Virus record (IMG/VR): IMGVR_UViG_3300023301_000010
Coordinates: 1 to 57,650 of that record
DNA: 57,650 bases
DNA from: a virus
Taxonomy: Duplodnaviria > Caudoviricetes
Strand: one strand, 5' to 3'
The translations under genes and the position numbers were made by a program. Positions 8,324 through 17,437 of the stretch are shown here, in pieces. The notes under the pieces are model-generated. The model was not told the origin of the DNA, ran no database searches, and saw only the letters and a program-made list of their open reading frames with translations. Each line of letters starts with the position of its first letter. Position 1 is the first letter of the stretch.

Positions 8324-10740
8324 ATTCCGCCCGTCCGTTGGAGCTGCGCCGCTACCCTCATCTCTGCGATTTGCTCAGTAGACATAAGACGCGCCTTTTC
8401 CATGGCGAGCTTCTCGGCATTACGCTGCTTATCTATCTGGATCTGTGCAGCGTCGCCCTGTGCCTTCCGCATATTGTCTTTTTCGCGGATATCCAGTTCG
8501 CGGGACTTCAAATCAACAAGCGCATCTTCGCCCTGACCCTTGGGAGTAAGCTGCTCGAGGGTTTCAGTGACAAGTTTCGCTTCGATGCGAGAGATTTCAA
8601 GCTGAAGCCGCTGCGGTTCGACCGCTTGTCCGGTTTCCTGCTGAACTTTTTCAGCTTCGCCTTGGACCTGAGTGGTCGCCAACATGGCGATGTGTTCCAT
8701 CACATGCCCGAGCAGGATACCGTACACCGGAGGTGAAGTCTGCACGATGGGCGTGAGGATGAACTTCATATGTGCCTGAATGTGCGACATATGGTCTTGT
8801 TCGGGAAACACTCGCAACGCCTTCTCACCCTGAGGGGAAGAAAGCGACCGAGCATTCTCCACCGCCGCGCTCTCCGCCTTGGGTTCTGTGGGAGGTACGA
8901 GCACCGCGTCGATATTCTGCACGCCTAGGGCCGAGTACATCCGGCGATAGGCTTCGTACATGTTGTGCATGTCGGGGGAGAGCTGAGCGAGTTTGAGCTG
9001 CTCCTGCGCCAAAGTGATGCGCTGCGTCATGCTGTAGATATTGGGATCGCTCACCGGAACGATGTCGATCCTGCGGTCGAAGTCCTGTGCCTTCACACTC
9101 TGCTCGGCACCCGGAACTTCGTAGGGGTACTCTTCGGGCAAATCTTCAGCAAACACACTGGCAAGAAGCTTCAATTCCTGCTTCTGCGCGTAGTGCAGCC
9201 GCTTGTGGACGGCAGACATCACACGACTACCACGCTCCAACAGAGCAATGGTAGTGCCGACGGGCATTTCCTGATTGCCTTCGCCCATGCCGAGGTCGGT
9301 CGTACCGATGAACTTTTGAGCAGCGCTGATGCAGAAACCCATCAAGCTGAACAAGGTGGCCGAAGGCTCCTTGTACGGCAACGGCATCAGGTTTTCGCGC
9401 AACGCGCCACCCGGAGCGTCAACGTCGCGCCACTCGCCCGGTTGCAGCGGGGACTCTTGGTCCTGAATCCGCATACCCTTGGCTTTGAATCCCGCCGGGA
9501 GGTTGCTGAGCGTTCCGGCGTCGATCAACTGACGCAACAGCGACGTAGAACTGCGCGACAAGTTGCCGATAAGGTGGACAAGCCCGAACCCGTAGAAACC
9601 GAGGCCCGGGAGAAACTTGTAGTGGACGAAATACTGGCGCTTGCGCTTGCGAGTGTCTTCTTCGCGGTAGTTGCGGCGGATGGAAAGGACTTCACCGCTC
9701 GTGGCTTCGATGGTCACGATGTACGGAAGCTTGACCCCCGTCGGTTCGCCTTCAGCATCTACATCCTCTGAACCTTCGATGTCCAGATTGCAGTGGCACT
9801 CGTAAAGGACAAACTCATCGGGGGTGGACGAAGGTTCAAGGCCCGTGATCTTGTCTTGTTTGTCCTTGATGATGTCGTCGCTGTTTTCCGTCGGATCCTG
9901 AAGTTCAACGTCGCGGTAAAAACCACTGACCTGTTGCTTCTTCAGAGTGTTTGAAGTGACTCGGACCACATGCGTAACACGCTCCGCCGTGGACAGATCC
10001 TTGGCGCTGTACGGAACGATAAGATCCTTCGCCTGAACGAAAGGACTCGTTGCACGGCCAAGATCACCGTCGTAATAAACTTTCTTAAATGCCGAACCGC
10101 CGTAGCCGACGTAGTACAGCATCTGGTCGAAATCAGGATCATATTCCTCCATGATTTCGGTGATTTGAAAGTTCATGTAGTTTTTGACGCGTTCGGCTTG
10201 AGCTTCCTTTTCAGGAGTCACCTTGCCGATCACTTGCGTACGAGTCGGACCCCCTGCTGGGAGAAGTTCCTTGTACGCCTGAGCCTGAAACTGCGTGACC
10301 GCTTCGTTCAAAATAGGGTGCGTAACACCCGTAGCCCCGTTGAACGGTTCAGTGCGTTCTTCGTACGTCAGCCCAAGGAGCGTGAGGCCTTCTTCGTAGG
10401 TCTTTTCCCACTCGGCCCTGCTCGACTTGTCTTCTTCAATGAGAGACGTGAGGTCCTTGCTGATGGAAGCAAGGTCGGTGTCATCCATCTCATCGGCAAG
10501 GTTCGCACCGAACCCCAAAGAACTGATTCGCTTTTCCGGTTCGTCAAAAACGATGGTGGCACCACCCTCGTCGTCTTCAACGATCTCAAAGCCTTCGTCG
10601 TCTTCAGGAAGCGTCTCTTCCAAATCTACTGTGGTCTCATCCGTCTGGTTCGGTACCGACGGGTATTCGTCCATCTGACCTTCAATGCTGAAAGCAGAAG
10701 GCAAAGGACGTTCAACGTTGTTGAAAGGACCAACGGCCAT
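8320..10740 (-). CDS. Portal protein
   Basis: 806 aa after TerL; HPILNEAVTQFQAQAYKELLP, GSAFKKVYYD, FVHYKFLPGLGFYGFG. Confidence 0.92.
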   Translation of the reverse strand: MAVGPFNNVERPLPSAFSIEGQMDEYPSVPNQTDETTVDLEETLPEDDEGFEIVEDDEGGATIVFDEPEKRISSLGFGANLADEMDDTDLASISKDLTSLIEEDKSSRAEWEKTYEEGLTLLGLTYEERTEPFNGATGVTHPILNEAVTQFQAQAYKELLPAGGPTRTQVIGKVTPEKEAQAERVKNYMNFQITEIMEEYDPDFDQMLYYVGYGGSAFKKVYYDGDLGRATSPFVQAKDLIVPYSAKDLSTAERVTHVVRVTSNTLKKQQVSGFYRDVELQDPTENSDDIIKDKQDKITGLEPSSTPDEFVLYECHCNLDIEGSEDVDAEGEPTGVKLPYIVTIEATSGEVLSIRRNYREEDTRKRKRQYFVHYKFLPGLGFYGFGLVHLIGNLSRSSTSLLRQLIDAGTLSNLPAGFKAKGMRIQDQESPLQPGEWRDVDAPGGALRENLMPLPYKEPSATLFSLMGFCISAAQKFIGTTDLGMGEGNQEMPVGTTIALLERGSRVMSAVHKRLHYAQKQELKLLASVFAEDLPEEYPYEVPGAEQSVKAQDFDRRIDIVPVSDPNIYSMTQRITLAQEQLKLAQLSPDMHNMYEAYRRMYSALGVQNIDAVLVPPTEPKAESAAVENARSLSSPQGEKALRVFPEQDHMSHIQAHMKFILTPIVQTSPPVYGILLGHVMEHIAMLATTQVQGEAEKVQQETGQAVEPQRLQLEISRIEAKLVTETLEQLTPKGQGEDALVDLKSRELDIREKDNMRKAQGDAAQIQIDKQRNAEKLAMEKARLMSTEQIAEMRVAAQLQRTGGM

Positions 10741-12206
10741 CAGTAGTACACCCTTCGCACAGGAGCCCCGTTGCGCTCATAAACATAATCATCAGGATGA
10801 GTAACGAACCCTCCCTGACGGAACCGCATGAGGGCTTGCGTCATCGCGTCAACCATATCATCATGCTCGCCGAACGGAAAGGCGGCGGTTTCTTCTATTA
10901 CCTCATCGGCCCAACTCGCCTCCGGAGCCCAAACCAATCCGCTTTCGAACAACGGAGCCACGGCATTCGCGCGGCTGATCTTGTCATTCCCTCGACTGGG
11001 ACTGAAGTTCACAACCGGAATACCCGTGGCCCGTAGCTCTTGAGTCAAGGGCATTCCCGCCGCCTTGCTTTCGATCAAAACCGTATCGGGTTCCCAATAC
11101 TTGTATTCTTCGTAGGCTATCCGCTTCAGTTCAGGGAATTCCCATCGGCCTTTCTTCGCGTCCAACAGAATCAAGTTGGGCGGTGAATCTTCCGTCGGGT
11201 AAAACACGCCCCACGTTTGAATCGCGCTGAAGTCGGCCGTCTGCGTTTTCATAAAAGCGGTGTCGTAACTCTGCATCACATATTGCAGCTTCGGCACTTT
11301 TTCATGTGTCCACCTTTTCCACCACAACCGCTTGATGATGCTGGACGTATCAGAAGTCGGCTGCTGCATATACTGCGCTTGCCACTTGCTGAGCGCGATA
11401 GAAGCTCGCACCCCTTCAAGTTCGTCCAAACTCCAGTATTCCGACCACAACGGCGAACCATCCGGCATGATGGCCGGGAACTCGACCACTTCCCACTTGT
11501 CGGCCTTGGGGTCGTTCGCACTCTGCTTCAACAATCTTGCAGTAAGGTCCATCTCACCCCACCGCGTCATAACCACCACAATGGCCCCGCCCGGCTGCAA
11601 ACGCTGTCGCGGTCCACCCTGATACCACTCCCACGCGGCATCGAGCGCCGCAGGACTCATCGCATCCTGCTCACTGTGCGGGTCGTCTACAATAAACAAA
11701 TCCGCTCCGCGACCCGCGATGCTGCCCCCCACACCCGCCGCGTAATACTCGCCACCGCCATCTGTTTCCCAACGATACGCCGCCTTGGAATCGCTCTTCA
11801 ACTTGACGCCAAAAACGCTCTGGTATTCTTCAGTCTCCATAAGGGTCTTCACCTTACGGCCGAATCGTACCGACAAATCTGCCGTATGCGTCGCTTGCAT
11901 GATCTTCAAATCAGGCCGACGGCCCACCATCCATGCAGGGAACAAGAAGCTCGCAAATTCGCTCTTCGTATGGCGGGGCGGCATATTGATAATCAATCGC
12001 TTCAAATCACCACGCGCCACCGCTTCCAATTTCTCAGCTACAATCTTATGATGTCGTCCGGCAATGAATCCCGGCCACACATACCGCACGAACTCTAAAA
12101 ACCCGCCACGCGCATTCTCGCTCGCAAACAAATGCGCCGCCCGCTGACTGAGCTGAGCAAACCGCTTGACGGCATCTTCCGGCAACGCTTCGAGGCTATT
12201 GGTCAT
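10740..12206 (-). CDS. terL: Terminase large subunit
   Basis: INMPPRHTKS Walker A, IVDDPH Walker B, SYDTA nuclease motif, HDDMVDAMTQAL. Confidence 0.96.
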   Translation of the reverse strand: MTNSLEALPEDAVKRFAQLSQRAAHLFASENARGGFLEFVRYVWPGFIAGRHHKIVAEKLEAVARGDLKRLIINMPPRHTKSEFASFLFPAWMVGRRPDLKIMQATHTADLSVRFGRKVKTLMETEEYQSVFGVKLKSDSKAAYRWETDGGGEYYAAGVGGSIAGRGADLFIVDDPHSEQDAMSPAALDAAWEWYQGGPRQRLQPGGAIVVVMTRWGEMDLTARLLKQSANDPKADKWEVVEFPAIMPDGSPLWSEYWSLDELEGVRASIALSKWQAQYMQQPTSDTSSIIKRLWWKRWTHEKVPKLQYVMQSYDTAFMKTQTADFSAIQTWGVFYPTEDSPPNLILLDAKKGRWEFPELKRIAYEEYKYWEPDTVLIESKAAGMPLTQELRATGIPVVNFSPSRGNDKISRANAVAPLFESGLVWAPEASWADEVIEETAAFPFGEHDDMVDAMTQALMRFRQGGFVTHPDDYVYERNGAPVRRVYY

Positions 12207-12411
12207 CGGTCCATCTTTCTGGGGAAATTGGAGTATGGGGCCATGCCCCGGTACCTTGCAACTCAGTTTGAGAAAAGGGGGCAGGCAAACCCGGTACCTT
12301 AACCGAGAATTAAGGATTCGGGGGCGAGTAACTTTTGAAAATTGACCACGAACCGTGGAAAACTTGGTTTAGGGTTTTGTGGTGGTTCCATGCACAGAGA
12401 AAGGGGGGGCC

Positions 12412-12746
12412 GACTCTGGGATTCTACCGATGAGATTAGTAGATTGATAGAAACCACCGACACCGATTGTAGAACCGATGACCAGATTCCACTGATATAT
12501 GACGTAGATTGATTCCACTGATATATGACGTAGATTGATTCCACTGATATATGACGTAGATCATCCGATTCCACTGATATATCACGTGGATTGATTCAAC
12601 ATAGATCTTATGTAGATCATCCGGATTCCACAGATATATCACGTGGATAGAGACGATTTGACAGAGGACTTATGTGGAATCAATCCACATAGATCTTATG
12701 TGGTTAACCGGGATTCTACAGATATATCATGTGGTTTGATTCCACA
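12412..12746. repeat. Array of about 26-bp imperfect palindromic repeats rich in GANTC
   Basis: GATTCCACTGATATATGACGTAGAT at 12485, 12511 and 12537; variants at 12567, 12593, 12624, 12682 and 12712; 11 GANTC sites in about 330 bp. Confidence 0.93.
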
Positions 12747-12806
12747 TTCCCAAAGCGGGAATGGTTGGACAAATGAACCACATGCCGGGAATGTAGAATA
12801 CGGACA

Positions 12807-12838
12807 GAAAGAAAGCCCTACCCATAATGGGTAGGGCT
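12807..12838 (-). terminator. Rho-independent terminator
   Basis: AGCCCTACCCA-TTA-TGGGTAGGGCT followed by TTCTTTC. Confidence 0.85.
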
Positions 12839-12844
12839 GACTGA

Positions 12845-13363
12845 TTACGCTGCGAGCGGGACTAGGTGGACAAACGGGGTGCCCCATGTCTTAGCGTTCG
12901 GGCTGTACCCGCCGTTGAGCAAGGCGAGCAGACAGACCGGATTGTTGGGAGTGTGTTGCTTGACCGTGCCGATAGCGGCCTTGTCGCCCGACTTGCACCA
13001 TGCCCAATGTGCACCGAGATTAGCACACGTGAACACATGGTTTTGGAGGAGCGCCCGAGTGCCGTTGGGATTGCCGTTGTAGCCGAACGGGACCGGACCT
13101 TTGAGGCCTTGCTTCTGCCAGTCGGACGCAACGTTGTTACGGACTGTAACTCCGGCGCGAGCCCAATGCCCCCCGCAATGCTGATTGACCCATGCGCGGA
13201 GCATTTGCACGTTGATGGGCGACTGAGCCGTGCCGAACAAGGCGTTGTTCGCGGGAGGGGCCGACGTGGCCACGGGAGCGGACTTGACCACGGGAGCGGA
13301 CTTGACCACGGGAGCGGGGGACTTGGCCACGGGAGCGGGGGACTTGGTAGCGGACTTGGACAT
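12845..13363 (-). CDS. Stand-alone hypothetical protein with N-terminal KS(P)APV repeats
   Basis: 172 aa; has its own promoter and terminator. Confidence 0.85.
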   Translation of the reverse strand: MSKSATKSPAPVAKSPAPVVKSAPVVKSAPVATSAPPANNALFGTAQSPINVQMLRAWVNQHCGGHWARAGVTVRNNVASDWQKQGLKGPVPFGYNGNPNGTRALLQNHVFTCANLGAHWAWCKSGDKAAIGTVKQHTPNNPVCLLALLNGGYSPNAKTWGTPFVHLVPLAA

Positions 13364-13415
13364 GACTTAACCCTTACGTTACATTAACCAGCAGCACCGT
13401 GCTGCCAGTAACCTC

Positions 13416-13444
13416 ACCCTACGCCCATTAAAACTCTATTACAA
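13416..13444 (-). promoter_or_regulatory. Sigma70-like promoter
   Basis: TTGTAA-N17-TAGGGT, followed by an inverted repeat GCAGCAC-G-GTGCTGC in the 5' UTR. Confidence 0.55.
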
Positions 13445-13491
13445 GCACTTTTTTACATGTTGCGATGCGAAATAGTTTTTGCGCCGCACAC

Positions 13492-13680
13492 AATCTACAT
13501 TCTCAGATGTAGATTGTTTTGACACACATCTGAGAACGTAGATTGTTTGAATCCACACGACGATCCTGTGGAATCGACGATTTGATGACCTTGAGCGGGC
13601 GCTCCCATGATCGTCAAACCGGTCTCCTCTGTCACAGGCAGAGGATTCGATGACCATGGACCTGTCTCCTCTGTCACAGG
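13492..13680. repeat. Second cluster of ATCYAC...GTRGAT palindromes plus a 17-bp direct repeat
   Basis: AATCTACAT-TCTCAG-ATGTAGATT (13492-13515); GAATCCAC...GTGGAATC (13549-13575); GTCTCCTCTGTCACAGG at 13622 and 13664. Confidence 0.75.
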
Positions 13681-13739
13681 GAAAAGATGAAATGATGAGT
13701 TTGTGATCGTCTTATCATCATTTCTAGTCTTCAATGGAC

Positions 13740-14183
13740 CTATGACGACCGACGAAGCGAAGAGACGATGTATTCGACGCACTTGGCATGGGCTCCGGGG
13801 CCAGATATACTGAAACAAGGGACAACGGCGCACGGTCCCTTGACCATCGTTATTTCAGGGATCCTATACGCGGCAAATAAATATAGAGTCTTTGACTCTG
13901 GATGTCCTACCAAGTTGAAGACGTTGTCTTTTTGCCTTGATCTTAGGGTTTGCCACGCAATTTGGGCGGGACGCCAGAGGTTAGACAGTGACAAGGATTT
14001 GGTGCGGCATATTTTGAGCTCGAGCCAAAACTCGATCCCATCTCTTGCCCCTCCCGTCGGCGAGGAGACCACTCCATTCAAATCTGGTATGCCTGTACCT
14101 ACCCATGCCTCCAACCGAGTCCAGAGGACGTCCCTGTCAGTTGCCTTTTTTAAGTCGGCCCAGAGTTTCTTTTCCAGTGACAT
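13740..14183 (-). CDS. PD-(D/E)xK nuclease (VRR-NUC/Holliday junction resolvase-like)
   Basis: EKKLW...TRLE...GIPDL...FWLELK...Q. Confidence 0.8.
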   Translation of the reverse strand: MSLEKKLWADLKKATDRDVLWTRLEAWVGTGIPDLNGVVSSPTGGARDGIEFWLELKICRTKSLSLSNLWRPAQIAWQTLRSRQKDNVFNLVGHPESKTLYLFAAYRIPEITMVKGPCAVVPCFSISGPGAHAKCVEYIVSSLRRSS

Positions 14184-14715
14184 GCGTAGCCTCAAGATCT
14201 ATGGTTGTTGCAGTCGCAGAGGCGAGGGCAGGGAACTCGGCCTGTAGGCGGCGGATCTCCGACATGACTTCCTCTTTGGACATCTGGTCGATCTTGCCCA
14301 CCAATATTTCCTGTCGGGTGATGTACAACCCTGCGGCTTGCCCTCTAGCCTTCTCTGCACTTACAGCTGCCGGATAATTACCATTCTGATAAGCCGCGTC
14401 TCGGATCTCAGCGAGCTTGCGAACGTGGTTATCAAAGTTGACCTCATACTTTCTAGCGAGCTCGCTCTTTACTTGTCGGATGTAATCCAATGCTTGCGGG
14501 TAATCCCGGCCGTTGAGCAGCGACGACGCCATACTGGCAGCGCTCGCCTCTGCATATCCCGCCATGCGGGCGGCATCCGTCTGAGTGACGTCTTCCGAGG
14601 CAAAGATCTCACAGAACTTCTTCTGCAGGGGTGTCAGTCCCATCGCCTGTTTAGGGTTGGGGACGATCTCAAGCGCGGACGTTTTCGGCTTCCACGTGAT
14701 CTTCGGTCTAGCCAT
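14137..14715 (-). CDS. terS: Terminase small subunit
   Basis: LTPLQKKFCE...QTDAARMAGY HTH and AAVSAEKARGQAAGLY. Confidence 0.85.
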   Translation of the reverse strand: MARPKITWKPKTSALEIVPNPKQAMGLTPLQKKFCEIFASEDVTQTDAARMAGYAEASAASMASSLLNGRDYPQALDYIRQVKSELARKYEVNFDNHVRKLAEIRDAAYQNGNYPAAVSAEKARGQAAGLYITRQEILVGKIDQMSKEEVMSEIRRLQAEFPALASATATTIDLEATHVTGKETLGRLKKGN

Positions 14716-14748
14716 TGCGGTCTCCTCAACCGTGTCTTTCTAGCTTGC

Positions 14749-14777
14749 ATAATAAGGACCGAAAAAGCCCCCGACAA
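14749..14777 (-). promoter_or_regulatory. Sigma70-like promoter of terS
   Basis: TTGTCG-N17-TATTAT. Confidence 0.55.
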
Positions 14778-14779
14778 GC

Positions 14780-15165
14780 ACGTTCAAACGCCTCCTTAAC
14801 ACAGTTAAGGAACTCTCTCTATAAGAGGATCAATGATATTGAGGTGATATTGAATAAGATATTGAAATTACAAATATATTGGGATAGTGTCTTTTTCGAC
14901 AGAGACATCAATTTTCAATGACCATCTTTCGCGTACGCGCAGGGGTTTAAAAGTTCTGTTTTGATGGATTGGAGATAGTGTGATAGTTAAGATAATTTTA
15001 AGATATCGGGTTAACCCTTTGAAACTGTTCACTGATAGTGAGATATCGGTTATTGGCCCTTTCACAATGACCCATAATTCTCTCACCCGGAAAACACGCT
15101 ATATGGATATCTCCTTATTTTTCAACTACTTCCCCTAATATCTTCCAATATCATTGATCTCCTTA
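14780..15165. other. AT-rich non-coding region with GATAT repeats, candidate replication origin
   Basis: Visibly AT-rich compared with the rest of the genome; GATATTGA three times in tandem; no credible ORF. Confidence 0.45.
14986..15001 (-). promoter_or_regulatory. CtrA-box consensus match
   Basis: Minus strand TTAA-AATTATC-TTAAC = TTAA-N7-TTAAC. Confidence 0.45.
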
Positions 15166-15298
15166 TAGAGAGAGTTGCGAACGAACAGGGAACACCGAAC
15201 ACCACCCCAATGATATCAAGCACTTACCCGAAACCCGCGAGCGACCCCCGAGCCGAAACCCTATTGAAAACCCCGTTGAAATCCACCCGAAAAACCAT

Positions 15299-15335
15299 GA
15301 AAAAAGGGGCCACGGACATGCGCCCGTGGCCCCTG
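15299..15335 (-). terminator. Rho-independent terminator ending the early region
   Basis: GGGGCCACGG...CCGTGGCCCC followed by TTTTTT. Confidence 0.85.
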
Positions 15336-15346
15336 AGAACGACAGC

Positions 15347-15604
15347 CTACCCGCGAGAGCTGTCGTTCCGTCCGTTGAAATCGATGTGAACTCGAGCAAA
15401 GAATTCTTGGTGTTGCCCGGTCTCACGAAACTGCTTGTTCACACGAAAAGCTTTTTCGACGGCTTCGCTGCCGGATGAGTATGCACCACAGCATGTGACG
15501 TATTCCCCCTCTTTGGGAGGGAGAGGCGGTTGATCATTCGCGATCCGATAGATATTGACATATAAGAATTTTGACACGGCTTGTTTATCCTTCTTACAGT
15601 GCAT
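15347..15604 (-). CDS. Hypothetical protein
   Basis: ORF ends just before the terminator; start uncertain. Confidence 0.55.
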   Translation of the reverse strand: MHCKKDKQAVSKFLYVNIYRIANDQPPLPPKEGEYVTCCGAYSSGSEAVEKAFRVNKQFRETGQHQEFFARVHIDFNGRNDSSRG

Positions 15605-15824
15605 GTAGAACGAACTGACGAACGTTGTCGTCGTTCGCGGTATCGTAGAATTCCACTCGAGACCCGTCTACAATTACCACCCATTTTTCGTACTCTCCTA
15701 TGAATGGAGATTGCGAACTTACCCCCGGAAAGAGGGCGTAGTCTTCGGTCTCGAATGGACGAAGGCCCGTATTCCCAAGAACGCGGAAAACATTCTCCGG
15801 CTCCAAGCGCCTACGCTTTTCCAT
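15594..15824 (-). CDS. Hypothetical protein
   Basis: 76 aa, AAGGAG RBS, promoter upstream. Confidence 0.7.
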   Translation of the reverse strand: MEKRRRLEPENVFRVLGNTGLRPFETEDYALFPGVSSQSPFIGEYEKWVVIVDGSRVEFYDTANDDNVRQFVLHAL

Positions 15825-15854
15825 CCGTTTGCTCCTTCTCCTAGCTACACCCTA

Positions 15855-15883
15855 AGCGTAATACCTAGAAACACCGACTACAA
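15855..15883 (-). promoter_or_regulatory. Sigma70-like promoter
   Basis: TTGTAG-N17-TACGCT. Confidence 0.45.
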
Positions 15884-16115
15884 CGCTCGTTTTGTCGCCC
15901 CCGCATCATCTCCCTATCGCTTCACGCCACGAGAGAGGGCTCCTACAGGCCTCCACCGCTTTTTAGCTATACGGGTAGCGGCCCCCACCTCCACAGGCCT
16001 CCTTGAGCCTCCTACGCGCGGCACGTAAAAACATCCGTTGCCGTAACCTTGCTCAAAAACGGTTTCACCCCCCGTCTTGGACGGAGGTGATTGTTCAGTG
16101 GTGTATGGAACAGTT

Positions 16116-16706
16116 TCAGTCGGTAGAACCATCCATGACTACATGGAAGGTTTTGTTCTTCATCACTTCTGCAAAGCGGTCGTCCCAGTACGCACACAAT
16201 GCCGTCACGCTATGGTACTCTTGCAGAGCGTCAGACACTTTGTCGTCCCAGTCGATGTCATCCATTGCACATTCAACTTTGTCCGAAGCATCAAAGTCTT
16301 CCAAAGCCGACTCGATCTTGGAGTCGACATCGGCCATTACGTTTTCAACTATGCTGTCGGTCATTGCTTCGGTGGCGTTCTCTACGGCAATGCTTACGTA
16401 GCTCTGTACCATCAGCTCCAACTTGGCGCGGTCAAACGCTTCGAGCTTTTCGGTAAGGGCGACAATTTGGCTCTCCAACTGAGCCAAGTGTCGTACCGCC
16501 GCCGTTTCTTCCGTTATGGCCGGAGAATTGGAAGCCACCATACGCTCTAACTCTGTAACCCGCTCGTTGAGCCAACGTGTAGAGTCGATCAAAGAGACGA
16601 TGGCACGTAGTCCAAGGTTATGCACCTCATAGGCATAGTCACGGGCTTTGTCCAAACCTTGGTCTATTGCACCACGCAGGTCGTTTGCTTCTTTTGCTTC
16701 AGTCAT
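16116..16706 (-). CDS. Acidic coiled-coil hypothetical protein
   Basis: 196 aa, AGAAAGGGG RBS. Confidence 0.8.
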   Translation of the reverse strand: MTEAKEANDLRGAIDQGLDKARDYAYEVHNLGLRAIVSLIDSTRWLNERVTELERMVASNSPAITEETAAVRHLAQLESQIVALTEKLEAFDRAKLELMVQSYVSIAVENATEAMTDSIVENVMADVDSKIESALEDFDASDKVECAMDDIDWDDKVSDALQEYHSVTALCAYWDDRFAEVMKNKTFHVVMDGSTD

Positions 16707-16756
16707 AGTCAGTTCCCCTTTCTATGGAAATCGGGCAGAGCACCACCCTAGGCTTT

Positions 16757-16791
16757 AGCATAAGCTAAGACGCGTTGAAGTAAAGCGTCTA
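16757..16791 (-). promoter_or_regulatory. Early promoter, copy A of a shared motif
   Basis: TAGACGCTTT-N7-CGCGTC...TATGCT; similar to 18567-18602. Confidence 0.6.
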
Positions 16792-17040
16792 AGCCTCGGA
16801 AGTCGTAAGTGGGGTGACCATAGTAAAGATCGGCTCAAACCCCTCTTGTTCAAGTAGATAGTTGATTTCGCGTGCGTAACGTGTCCAGTCGGGTTCGGCG
16901 GAGTCACCCCGCCTGAACTTTTCAACGTGGCCCATTATTTCTTGGTTGATGGTCCGCAGCTCGATGCAGAGCCATTCGGGCATGTCGGGCAGCAAGCTAT
17001 GAAGATACCGATAGACGAGCATAAATTCTTTTTCGGTCAT
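16789..17040 (-). CDS. Hypothetical protein
   Basis: Start at MTEKEF after a GGGAGGGG RBS. Confidence 0.7.
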   Translation of the reverse strand: MTEKEFMLVYRYLHSLLPDMPEWLCIELRTINQEIMGHVEKFRRGDSAEPDWTRYAREINYLLEQEGFEPIFTMVTPLTTSEA

Positions 17041-17074
17041 TGTTGCGACCCCTCCCTTTTGTTGTAGACTAGAG

Positions 17075-17136
17075 AAGTTCCTACTGACTCCTCCCCTTGC
17101 CCCGGAGCGCGCATCCGCTGCTCCGGGGCTTTTTTG
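17075..17136 (+). ncRNA. Candidate small RNA with anti-Shine-Dalgarno CUCCUCCCC and its own terminator
   Basis: Promoter TTGCGA-N16-TAGACT (17043-17070); GCCCCGGAGC...GCTCCGGGGC-TTTTT terminator on the plus strand. Confidence 0.5.
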
Positions 17137-17138
17137 GT

Positions 17139-17204
17139 TTATTTGGTCAGCACTTTGTAGACGGCGTAAGTGCCGATGGCGAGAACCACCACGTAAAGAA
17201 TCAT
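17139..17204 (-). CDS. 21-aa hydrophobic micropeptide MILYVVVLAIGTYAVYKVLTK
   Basis: ATG overlaps the upstream stop (TGATG); single TM helix; too short for the ORF track. Confidence 0.5.
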   Translation of the reverse strand: MILYVVVLAIGTYAVYKVLTK

Positions 17205-17437
17205 CAGTAGCACTCGCTCCAGTGTTCGCCTGTTTCCTCACCCCATTGCGAGCGAGGAGCCAACCTATGCCCGGATTGGTTGTAGTCGGCCTCGCAACTG
17301 TCGCATGTGGTGGTGAAGCGGTTAGACACGTTGAGCCATGTACCGCAGCACTTGACCTCAACCGTTTGACGGGGGTAAGTGGTCCCCGGATACTGAGCAG
17401 ATTCTACCATTTCGGTGGTCACGCGGCGGTTACTCAT
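17204..17437 (-). CDS. Cys-rich hypothetical protein
   Basis: CCG...TCDSCEADYNQSG...QWGEETGE, a recurring phage family; GGAGGG RBS. Confidence 0.7.
   Translation of the reverse strand: MSNRRVTTEMVESAQYPGTTYPRQTVEVKCCGTWLNVSNRFTTTCDSCEADYNQSGHRLAPRSQWGEETGEHWSECY

Noticed and set aside
12485-12746. CRISPR or mini-CRISPR array
   Set aside because: Units are adjacent or separated by only a few nt, there are no unique spacers of about 30 nt, and no cas genes are present.
12299-12887. ORFs spanning the repeat array
   Set aside because: Their translations merely reflect the DNA repeats, and they lack RBSs.
14795-14810. CtrA box
   Set aside because: The TTAA half-sites are spaced by 5 nt, not 7. 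It is reported as a separate motif.
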